From Candidatus Sericytochromatia bacterium (GTDB lineage: Bacteria > Cyanobacteriota > Sericytochromatia > S15B-MN24 > JAQBPE01), in the NCBI GenBank assembly GCA_035285125.1, contig JAYKHR010000004.1:10053-74052 (forward strand): 64,000 nt of DNA, read 5' to 3'. Positions 56,242 through 64,000 of this stretch are shown here, piece by piece (the first letter of the stretch is position 1; each line of letters starts with the position of its first letter). The translations under genes and the position numbers were made by a program. The notes beneath the pieces were generated by a model. The model did no database searches. It was not told the DNA's origin and saw only the letters and a list, made by a program, of their open reading frames with translations.

Positions 56242-56520
56242 TCAACGCGTCTCGTGGCGGGACTCCAGCACCTTGAGGCGGAGCCGCCCCTTCTTCGAGA
56301 GCTGCCAGACCCGCTCGAGCTTCATGGCGCTCACGCACATGGTGCCGCAGGGGGCGCTGCAGCAGCCGTCCGCCAGCTGGCCCTGGATGAGGCCATCCAC
56401 CCAGAGCGAGCGCGCGAGCGGCTTGAAGGCCTCAGGCGGGAGTTGAAGGCGCTCCTGGAGGGCGAGACCCGTCAGGGGCCCCTCTGCCAGGGTCAGGAGC
56501 ACGTCGGCGGGTTGGGTCAT
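56242..56520 (-). CDS. Small winged-helix protein with Cys cluster (FeoC-like)
   Basis: wHTH pattern L...GLI...W.LSKKGR with GCCSAPCGTMC in the wing. GGAGGT RBS. Confidence 0.65.
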   Translation of the reverse strand: MTQPADVLLTLAEGPLTGLALQERLQLPPEAFKPLARSLWVDGLIQGQLADGCCSAPCGTMCVSAMKLERVWQLSKKGRLRLKVLESRHETR

Positions 56521-56565
56521 CTGCCACCGGACCTCCGCGTCAGGCTGCCCGCGCCAGGCACCCCG

Positions 56566-57849
56566 TCAGCGAGCAATCTGAAGCGTCACAGGAACGCCGC
56601 TCTGGCCGAATGCAGCCGCGAGGCCAGGCCGGACGTTCACAGGGGAGGCAGCAGCCACGCGACGGAAGGCATCGCGGACGTCCGCCATCCGGCCAGGCGT
56701 GCCGGTGCGCACGAGCGCCCCCCAGATGGAGCCGAAGGAGATCGCGACCTCGTCCGTGCCGTCCACGTGGGTGTCGTACATGTCCCACATCGCCGCGCTC
56801 ACGCGCCACTCGTTGGTGTGGCCGTTGCAGACGTCGGCCGGCACGTTCTCGACGCGAATCGGCTTGCGACGCGGCACCATGAACTCGAACCGGGCGTCCG
56901 GATCAGCACGGTCGAGGCTGATCACCGCCGAGAAGAAGCTGGCAAAGCCTTCGGACCAGGCGAGGTCTGCCCCGTAGCACTCGTCGATCTTGTGCTGGCC
57001 GCCCCCCGAGGACGAGTTGAAGCCCGCAAAGAAGATCGCGTGGCCGATCTCGTGGCCGTTGACGTCCCACCACTCCGCGTCCGTCAGGCTGACGGTGCCA
57101 AAGCTGTAGTAGTTGCCGTCCGCCGGCCACCGCGTGGAGATGCGGGTCGTCCACCAGCCGGCCGTGGGGATATTCTCCCGCTCGAAGGCCGCCAATGCCC
57201 GGTTCCAGATCTGGTGAATGAGGCCGGCCTTCGCGTTCTGGGTCCCCGCCACGAGGGCCTGCTCGCCGAGGTCATTCACCGCGGCCACAGCCGTCACCGG
57301 CGGCAGGGCCCACCGCAGCTTCTCGATGGTCCAGCGCTTGTTTCCGAGCTCCACCACGGCGGTGACGGACTTGCCCAGAGAGTCTGCGGGCAGTTCAGCG
57401 GTCCACCGGCCCTGTGCGTCCGTCACCGCGACGGCGATCTCCTTGGCTCCACCCATCGCGCCCTTGGACCCGACGTGGACCGTGGCATTGGCCAACGGGA
57501 TCAGCGCGCCCTGGAAGTCAGGATAGCGCAACACGCCCGACAGGACCGGCCCGTTGGCCGAGGGCCGCACACCGCCGCTGCTGCGGGCAGCGGTCGTCCG
57601 CGTGGCGAACACGAGGCCCTCACCGTCTTGGAGGCGGGCCTCGTGCTTCAAGACAGCCGGGGAAAGCTGCTTCCGCGGCGCCCCAGCCCACAGGTCCATG
57701 TCGTCCGTGCGGGTGCTGCGGGCCATCGCGGCGGGCATGCCGGCGCTGGCCGCACCGGCCACGTTGGTCGCAGGCAGGCCCCGGCCACAACCAGCCGCAA
57801 GGGCCGCAAGCGTGAGGGTGGCCATCAGAGTCGATGCGCGACGGGTCAT
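56566..57849 (-). CDS. Lipoprotein with gluzincin-type Zn metalloprotease motif
   Basis: AAGC lipobox, HEIGH and downstream AWSEGFASF. Confidence 0.75.
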   Translation of the reverse strand: MTRRASTLMATLTLAALAAGCGRGLPATNVAGAASAGMPAAMARSTRTDDMDLWAGAPRKQLSPAVLKHEARLQDGEGLVFATRTTAARSSGGVRPSANGPVLSGVLRYPDFQGALIPLANATVHVGSKGAMGGAKEIAVAVTDAQGRWTAELPADSLGKSVTAVVELGNKRWTIEKLRWALPPVTAVAAVNDLGEQALVAGTQNAKAGLIHQIWNRALAAFERENIPTAGWWTTRISTRWPADGNYYSFGTVSLTDAEWWDVNGHEIGHAIFFAGFNSSSGGGQHKIDECYGADLAWSEGFASFFSAVISLDRADPDARFEFMVPRRKPIRVENVPADVCNGHTNEWRVSAAMWDMYDTHVDGTDEVAISFGSIWGALVRTGTPGRMADVRDAFRRVAAASPVNVRPGLAAAFGQSGVPVTLQIAR

Positions 57850-57907
57850 GGGGGTGCTCCTGGCTATGGACGACCCCTAAAGTTTAATACCAAATTAAAA
57901 CCATGTA

Positions 57908-57941
57908 AAGAAAGAGAAAACCCGCCTGCAGGCAGGCGGGT
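57908..57941 (-). terminator. Intrinsic terminator after glnA
   Basis: ACCCGCCTG/CAGGCGGGT stem followed on the minus strand by TTTCTCTTTCTT. Confidence 0.8.
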
Positions 57942-57983
57942 CGGAGCAGGGGTCCCGCCCCTCTCAGGGCGGGCACGCAGAGC

Positions 57984-59324
57984 CTAGTAGAGCGGCAGGT
58001 ACCGATCCAGCTCCCACTGCGTGACGATCTTGCGGTACTCGTCCCACTCCTGCGTCTTCGCCTCGACGAAGCGATCGAACACGTGGTCGCCCAGGCAGGC
58101 CCGGATCACGTCGTCCTTCTTGAGCTCCTCAAGCGCCTCGCCCAGCGAGCCGGGGAGGCTCGCGATGTTGCGGTTGGTGCGCTCCTCGGCACCCATGCGG
58201 TAGAGGTTCTCTTCCACGGGCTCCGGCGCCTCCAGGCCCCGCTTCACGCCGTCGAGGCCGCACGCCAGCATCACAGCGAAGGCGAGGTACGGGTTGCAGG
58301 TGGGGTCCGGGCAGCGCAACTCGACCCGCGTGGCCTTGATGGCCTTGGGGTTGATGCGCGGCACGCGAATGAGCGCCGAGCGGTTGTTCCGCGCCCACGA
58401 CACGTAGACGGGGGCTTCGTAGCCGGGCACCAAGCGCTTGTAAGAGTTCACCGTCGGGCTCAGGATGGCGCTCATTGCGCGGGCGTGATGCAGAATGCCC
58501 GCGATGAAGTGCTTCGCCGTCTTGGACAGGCCATACGGGTCCGCCGGGTCGTACATCGCCGTGTCGCCGTCCTTGAACAGGCTCATGTGCGTGTGCATGC
58601 CAGAGCCGTTCACGCCGAAGATGGGCTTGGGCATGAAGGTGCAGTACAGGTCATACTTCTGGGCGATGGCCTTGAGCGCGTACTTGAACGTCACGCAGCT
58701 GTCGGCGGAGGTGAGCCCGTTCGAGTACTTGAAGTCGATCTCGTGCTGACCGACGGCCACCTCGTGGTGGCTCGTCTCGACCTCGATGCCGAGGGCCTCG
58801 AGGGCGTTCACCATGTCCTGCCGCACGTGGCTCGCGAGGTCGGTGGACAGGTCAAAGTAGCCTCCCTGGTCGTGAGGCAGAGGCGTCGGCGAGGTCGGGT
58901 CGTTGGACCGGAACAGGAAGAACTCCAGCTCGGGGCCGGTGTTGAACGAATAACCAAGCTCCTTGGCGGCCTCGATCTGCCGGGCCAGCACGCCGCGCGG
59001 GTCGCCCACGAAGGGCTCACCGTCAGGGGTGTACACCCAGCAAATGATCCGGGCCGTGGTGTTCGTGCCGCGCGTCCACGGGATCACCTGGAAGGTGGTC
59101 AGGTCAGGCTTGAGGAACATGTCGGACTCGGCAATGCGCGCGAAGCCCTCGACCGAGCTGCCATCGAACCACTTCCCATGCTCCAGCGTGTCCGACAGCT
59201 GGGAGGTCGGGATCGTCACGCTCTTGACGATGCCGAGGATGTCGATGAACTGCAAATCGATGAACTTCACGTTCTCCTTGGCGATGAGTTCGCGCACGGA
59301 GGCTTCAAGGCGTTCGGTGGTCAT
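57984..59324 (-). CDS. glnA: Glutamine synthetase type I (GSI-alpha-like)
   Basis: FDGSS, GPELEFF, HHEVA.GQHEI, FMPKP..G.NGSGMH, NSYKRLVPGYEAP, NRSALIR and ELRCPD motifs. Alternative GTG start at 59330. Confidence 0.97.
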   Translation of the reverse strand: MTTERLEASVRELIAKENVKFIDLQFIDILGIVKSVTIPTSQLSDTLEHGKWFDGSSVEGFARIAESDMFLKPDLTTFQVIPWTRGTNTTARIICWVYTPDGEPFVGDPRGVLARQIEAAKELGYSFNTGPELEFFLFRSNDPTSPTPLPHDQGGYFDLSTDLASHVRQDMVNALEALGIEVETSHHEVAVGQHEIDFKYSNGLTSADSCVTFKYALKAIAQKYDLYCTFMPKPIFGVNGSGMHTHMSLFKDGDTAMYDPADPYGLSKTAKHFIAGILHHARAMSAILSPTVNSYKRLVPGYEAPVYVSWARNNRSALIRVPRINPKAIKATRVELRCPDPTCNPYLAFAVMLACGLDGVKRGLEAPEPVEENLYRMGAEERTNRNIASLPGSLGEALEELKKDDVIRACLGDHVFDRFVEAKTQEWDEYRKIVTQWELDRYLPLY

Positions 59325-59542
59325 GGTCACGGACCGTTGCTCCTTTCTCCAAATCGACACGCCCTCAGCAAGTCGGCGGCCGATACGCCGCCAGCTTACG
59401 CGGGGGGCGCTGAAGATTGGCTGAAGATCGCTGCGGGATTCACCGGTGCACGCAGCGTGAGCCGGCGACCGTGGGCCCTCGGCGGGGCGGGTATAAGGCG
59501 CACACCTCCCCGCTCACACCGCATCGAAGAGGGACCACCCCG

Positions 59543-60655
59543 GTGGCAACGCTGTCTTCCCGCGCCAAGGCCTTGATGACCGTCACCGTCCTGCTCGCCT
59601 TCTGGCTGATGGGGGAGGCGGGGTTCGAGGCTTGGCGGATGACGCACGGGGGGGGCAACCCCTCGCCGATGCACCGGTGGTTCGTGTCGCACGCGGCCTC
59701 CCACGTGGGTCCAGCGGGCGTGACGGCAGCTGGCGTCGGTGACTCCCCGCTGCTGGCCCCGATCGGCCACTGTGAAAACCAGCTGCAGGCCTACAAGGAC
59801 GCCAAGGCCTACGCCATCTTCACGCGCCACTCTGTCACGGGCGACAACGTGCCCCTGCGCATGGCCGTCAACTGCCTGCACGTCGTCGGCGCGGTCTCAG
59901 CGATCGCGCTGTTCGTCCTCGTGATGCTGTCAGGCGGAACGCGCTCGACCCACCCCATCAACCGGCTCGCGTCCCGCACCCTGCTCACCACGATGTACAC
60001 GATGTTCCTGACGGGCGCGGTCATGTTCACGTCGCAGCAGGTTGGGGACCTCAACTACCCGCTCGCCGTCTCCTCAGCCCACAGCGGGTTCCCGCCACCC
60101 ATCAAGGCTGAAAACGGTTGGCTGGCCCTCAGCTTCATCGGGGCCTTCGGGCTCGCCTTCCTGAACGCGGCGTGTCACTTCGAGATCGAACGCGGGGTGC
60201 CGAAACCGATCCTGATCGGGCAGCACGTGTTGAGCCTGCTCTTCGGCTGCGCGGCGCTCGGCATCTTCACCTACCGGCTCTTCGTCATTCCGCCACTGGA
60301 GAGTCCGTGGCCGTACATGCTCGAACTCGCGGCGCTTTACTCGCTGTATCCCTTGCTCGACATCGCCAACGGTTATGTCTTGTACAAGACGGGCGTGAAG
60401 GGGATGCCGCACGACTGGGTGCAGCACCGCCAAGACAACCTCTACGTTTTGATCGTGCTCATCACCACGGCCGTGTTGCTCTTCGTGGCGGCAGACAAGC
60501 ATTACTTCTTCAACCAGCAGCTGCCGGTGGCCTACCGCATCGGGCTGGAATTGGTGCCGATGACCATCTGGCTCGCCAGCGGGCGGATGGTTGGCTGGCT
60601 GAAGCGCTCCTTCGCGGGAGCGGGTGCCCCGGCCAATGCCCCCCGCGCAGCCTGA
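59543..60655 (+). CDS. Polytopic membrane protein (weak DUF2306-like His pattern)
   Basis: About 8 hydrophobic segments, LHVVGA...THP.NR and W.QH...ITTA. Confidence 0.6.
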   Translation: MATLSSRAKALMTVTVLLAFWLMGEAGFEAWRMTHGGGNPSPMHRWFVSHAASHVGPAGVTAAGVGDSPLLAPIGHCENQLQAYKDAKAYAIFTRHSVTGDNVPLRMAVNCLHVVGAVSAIALFVLVMLSGGTRSTHPINRLASRTLLTTMYTMFLTGAVMFTSQQVGDLNYPLAVSSAHSGFPPPIKAENGWLALSFIGAFGLAFLNAACHFEIERGVPKPILIGQHVLSLLFGCAALGIFTYRLFVIPPLESPWPYMLELAALYSLYPLLDIANGYVLYKTGVKGMPHDWVQHRQDNLYVLIVLITTAVLLFVAADKHYFFNQQLPVAYRIGLELVPMTIWLASGRMVGWLKRSFAGAGAPANAPRAA

Positions 60656-60992
60656 TGGCAACGGTCGGCCGAGGAGCCCCCAGCGGCGAACGCGGGCCGC
60701 GGGTCATGGTTAGCACCACCTAGGCCTTCAGGAGCCCCAGGGCCATCGGAACCACCCAGGGCATGATGACCGAGGCCCCAGGCCTCTCGCTCGCCGGACA
60801 TCGGCTGTGGTGCCACGAGCGGTTCGACGGACGTTTCCGCATCTGCCAGGTGGCACGCTGAAGTCCATCAGCAGCCCCATGGTCAAAGGTCTCATCCTCG
60901 GGTGTCCGGTCGCAAAGCCCAGGCCTGGCGGAAATCCCCTTGGTGTCGAGAAGAGCCGACCAACCCTGAGAATGGCTGTTTCGTGCACGCAC

Positions 60993-61017
60993 AAAAAAGG
61001 CAAAAAACCTGTTTGCC
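60993..61017 (-). terminator. Weak terminator-like hairpin
   Basis: Minus strand GGCAAA-CAGGTTT-TTTGCC-TTTTTT. Confidence 0.45.
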
Positions 61018-61245
61018 GTGCCGGTTGGCGATCGTGGACCACCGCCGTTTATGCCCCCTCGGGCCGACCAGGGGCCGGTCCGGCGCTCACGTCCACGCCA
61101 GTCTCCCAGTGCCTCCACCCATGATAATCGTACGTACTGGCCGGGGTGAGCAATGCGGTCCTCATCGCGGGATAAGCCCTGATATCCGCGCGCATCGCAG
61201 CGGCTGGCAAACGCCGGAAACCATCACGTCCGTGTGCTCGGGCGG

Positions 61246-62682
61246 TCAGGGTGGGGCTGTGGCGATCACCGCCGCGTAGTCGGCGGGCAGCAACACCGCG
61301 CCGGGGCTTCGCAGTGCAAGTTCGACGGCGGCCTGCGTGTAGCCACGCGGAGACACCCCGGCCAGCCTGGCCGACTCCATCAGGGTGTACATGATCGCCG
61401 CCACCTCCGTGCCGCGTCGGGAGCGGGAGCCGATGTGGTTCTTGCGCCCGAGCACCACGCCGCGCAGGGCCCGCTCGCAGCGGTTGTTGTCGATGGGCAC
61501 GTGGGCGTCATCCAGGTATCGGCGCAAGCCTGGCTCCAGGCGGAGCATGTAGGCCACGGCCTTCCCGATGCCCGACTGCGGCAGAACCGCCAGCCCTTGG
61601 GGCCCAGGCCAGCAGGCCGTCGACCACCTGGCGCGCCCGCTCGGCACGCCGTCCTTCGCGAGGCTCTGGTAAACGGTGTAGCCGTCGGCCATGAGGACGC
61701 CCTTGAAGTTGCCGAGCACCGTGGCCGCTGCCGCCTTGCCGCGTGAGTCGAGGATGCGGTAGCCAACCAGGTCGGGGGCGACGAGGCCCCAGGCCTGGAA
61801 CAGCTTGTTCTCCTTGGTCTTGCCGTTCGCCAGCAGCGGCCAGCGGGTTTCGTCAGCGTGGATGACGGGTTGCGTGAGGATGCTGGCCAGGATGGCCTCG
61901 TAGGTAGGGGCCAGGTGGGCGGCGAGGGCGTCGAGCTGGTCCCAGAGGGTCTGCGAGTCGGTCTTGAGGCCATCGCGCTTCATGATGTGCGCCTGCCGCT
62001 CGAGGGGCAGGTGGTCGTAGTACTTGCCGATGGCGACCTCGATGGCGAAGGCGGGGCTGTAGCGGCCACCGGGCAGCAACCGCTGGGGGCCGGGCGCGGT
62101 GACGACGACGCCGTTGCAGCTGCAGCGGTACTTCAGCCGCCGGTGCACCTCCCGCACGAAGGCACGTGCAGTGGCCGAGATGAGCTCCGAGGCCTCTGCC
62201 TCTTCGCCCAGCGGCCGCAGCGCGCCCCCGCAGCAGGGGCAGAGGCGGGCCTCGGGCGGCAGCTCGTGCGTAATCTCGACGACCTCCAGCTCGCCCTGCT
62301 CCCGGGGACCGTGGCCGATCTGGGGCTGCTTCGGGGGCTTCGGCGGCGGCAGCGGACGGGGCTTTCGCTCGGACTTCTTGCCGTACAGGGCCTTGGCCTG
62401 CTGCCCCAGCCGGGCCTCCATCTCCGCGAGGCGGGCCTTGAGCGCCGCGTTCTCCGTGGCGAGCGTCTCCATCTCTACCGTCAGCGCCTCGCGCTCTGCG
62501 ACGAGGGTGGCCTTCTCGGCGGCCATCACCTGCACCTCGGCCGCCAGGGCCTCCCGCTCTGCGGCCTCCGCGGCCTGGGTGGCGCGCAGCGTGACCAGCT
62601 GGTCGAACTGCAGCTGGGCCACCGCCCGCAGATGAGAGAGGCTGGTCTCGGTCGCGAACTCCACGGGCTCCTTGATCCCCAA
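61246..62682 (-). pseudogene. tnpC: IS66 transposase TnpC with internal deletion and a short out-of-frame segment
   Basis: Leucine zipper, KKSER, CPCCG Zn finger, HLPLERQ, ADET, DGY and IDNNRCER. The CWAH.RRKF segment is missing. Confidence 0.8.
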
Positions 62683-62700
62683 ACCGATCCCCTCGAAACC

Positions 62701-63063
62701 TCAGCGCCGCGCGAGCGTCACGCTGGGCGGGCTGACCTCGTAGTGCCCGACGAGCCGCGAGCCCTCCAGGAACGGCGCCGGCTCGCTCGGGCTCAGGCAG
62801 CAGGGCTTGTCGCGGTGACCCTCCCACGGGGCGTTGAAGCGACCACGCTCCAGGCGCCTGGCGAGGATGACGAGCCCCGTGCCGTCCCAGTCCAGCACCC
62901 GGGCCTGCTTCCGGTCCCGGGCCACGAACAGGAACATGTCACCCTCGAGGGGGTCGCGCCCGAGGCTGTGCCGGGCGACGGCAAGCAGGCCGTCGAAGCT
63001 CTTGCGCATGCTGACGGGCTCGGCGCAGGCCCAGACGCGGATCTGGCGGGTGGAGGTCAGCAC
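62701..63063 (-). CDS. tnpB: IS66 accessory protein TnpB
   Basis: PVSMRKSFDGL...FLFV...WDGTG...RRLERGRF. Confidence 0.92.
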   Translation of the reverse strand: MLTSTRQIRVWACAEPVSMRKSFDGLLAVARHSLGRDPLEGDMFLFVARDRKQARVLDWDGTGLVILARRLERGRFNAPWEGHRDKPCCLSPSEPAPFLEGSRLVGHYEVSPPSVTLARR

Positions 63064-63575
63064 GTCAGGGCCCTCAGCAACGCGGCGGCAGAGGCCACGT
63101 CCAGGCCCGAGATGCTGTAGCCGCCCGGGGCCTGAAGCGTGAGCGAGGTGGGAGCCGGCGGGGGCATCGGCCCCGCAAGTGCGGTGGAACCGAGCGGCAC
63201 CAGCGCCGTCACCTCCACCGGGCGCATCGCCGGTGGCGGCGCGTAACGCTCACGCCACCGCTGGAAGCTTTTCTCCGTGATGCCGACTGCCTGGCAGGCC
63301 TGGCGGAAGGTCTGGCCTGACGCCGCCAGGCGTTGCACCCGTGCCACCAGCGCTTCGCGCTCTCCGTGGGTCGGGTGCCGTCCCTCGACCGGCTGCTGCG
63401 TGCCGGGCGGCCGGATGCCCGCCTTCACCCAGCTGTGGTAGCTCGCATCCGCGATGGCGAGCGAGGCCGCGATGGACCGAACGCTGCCTACACCCGCGCG
63501 GAGTTGGTGCTCGATCTCGCCGACCAGCAGCGCCTTCTCGGCCAGCGTGAACTTCCTGCGGGACCTTCTGGGCAC
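63057..63575 (-). CDS. tnpA: IS66 TnpA-like HTH protein
   Basis: Two HTH units and C-terminal P.G..I.G.D...AALLRAL. First ORF of the element. Confidence 0.75.
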   Translation of the reverse strand: MPRRSRRKFTLAEKALLVGEIEHQLRAGVGSVRSIAASLAIADASYHSWVKAGIRPPGTQQPVEGRHPTHGEREALVARVQRLAASGQTFRQACQAVGITEKSFQRWRERYAPPPAMRPVEVTALVPLGSTALAGPMPPPAPTSLTLQAPGGYSISGLDVASAAALLRALTC

Positions 63576-63647
63576 GGCGGGCTTCCTCCGTGTCCATCTT
63601 CGATGACCGGCGCAGAGCGTTCAAGGCGGGGTTGGGCGAGTACGTAC

Positions 63648-63914
63648 GGCCTGGCACAGCAGCTCGAAGAGCACCTTGGCCTGCAGCGCAGCGTCACGCT
63701 CCAGCTCTCGCTGGACCCAAGGCCAGTCCGCTTCGAACGGATCCGGCCTCGTGCGATGGACCCGCGGCTTCTTCATCTGGCTGGGCAGCTTCCCCGCCCG
63801 CTCGTACTTACGCGCTGTGGCGACGCTCATGCCAGCTCGCGCAGCGGCGACCTCCTGAGAGCTCCCTTTCTTTCGTTCCCGGTGCAACAGATTGACCTCT
63901 GCGTCTTTCTTCAT
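63648..63914 (-). pseudogene. istA: IS21-family transposase IstA, N-terminal fragment
   Basis: AAARAGMSVATARKYE...RTRPDPFEADW...LQAK.LFE.L. Cut off at the IS66 end. Confidence 0.85.
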
Positions 63915-63999
63915 GCGCCCTCCTACCGGGGCGCATGCTACGCCAGCCAGGCGGGTTTGAACCCGCTCGTGGACCGACACTTTTAGTTGTCGTCAGGCA
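63648..63999 (-). mobile_element. Left end of an IS21-family element
   Basis: Minus strand begins TGCCTGACGACAACTAAAAGTGTCGG (TG terminus) upstream of istA. Confidence 0.65.
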
Positions 64000-64000
64000 T

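Larger units (their letters stand above)
61130..63647 (-). mobile_element. IS66-family insertion sequence (internally damaged)
   Basis: Terminal inverted repeats GTACGTACTgGCC (61130) and GTACGTACTcGCC (reverse from 63647). tnpA-tnpB-tnpC order. Confidence 0.88.

Noticed and set aside
55672..57987. 771-aa plus-strand ORF
   Set aside because: Antisense to three credible minus-strand genes.
59330..59500. Glutamine (glnA) riboswitch or NtcA box
   Set aside because: The conserved elements were not recognisable.
60901..60930. GTCGCAAAGCC as a c-di-GMP-I riboswitch core
   Set aside because: The upstream GGCAAA/GNRA stem and the downstream gene are missing.
60720..61118. 132-aa ORF next to the IS66
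   Set aside because: Atypical composition, spans a terminator-like hairpin, and has no motif.
1..64000. tRNA, rRNA, prophage, integron or recognisable defence island
   Set aside because: No such signatures were seen by eye. Small RNAs could have been missed without covariance searches.

Overview
Very GC-rich bacterial chromosomal window. The lineage is inferred, not proven: most likely a non-photosynthetic Cyanobacteriota relative such as Ca. Sericytochromatia. The clues are the lysA-cdaA-uppS gene order, a Ser/Thr kinase-His kinase hybrid, AMIN-type envelope proteins and Asn-Gly-repeat lipoproteins. Housekeeping genes: mutS, coaX, rpmB, hslO, ribH, lysA, cdaA, uppS, holA, mrp, glnA, dciA. 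Envelope genes: Slt, amidase, LolA-like protein, wzc-cpsB-wza, rmd-like gene, GT2, NAGPA-like protein, nfeD-SPFH. Signalling genes: STAND-TPR-BTAD regulator, hybrid kinase plus receiver, PucR, DUF4388-MshEN, degenerate GGDEF. There are about eight orphan lipoproteins. The window ends with a damaged IS66 abutting a truncated IS21. No rRNA, tRNA or CRISPR array was seen. The best candidate for an undescribed system is a paralogous lipoprotein family with an 8-aa Asn/Gly repeat (IIANNAGR / LINEGGPV) before a shared beta-sandwich-like domain. Two members follow a polysaccharide export module. Helically phased TTAA boxes also recur upstream of several surface or secreted protein genes. All family assignments come from reading motifs by eye; no searches were run.
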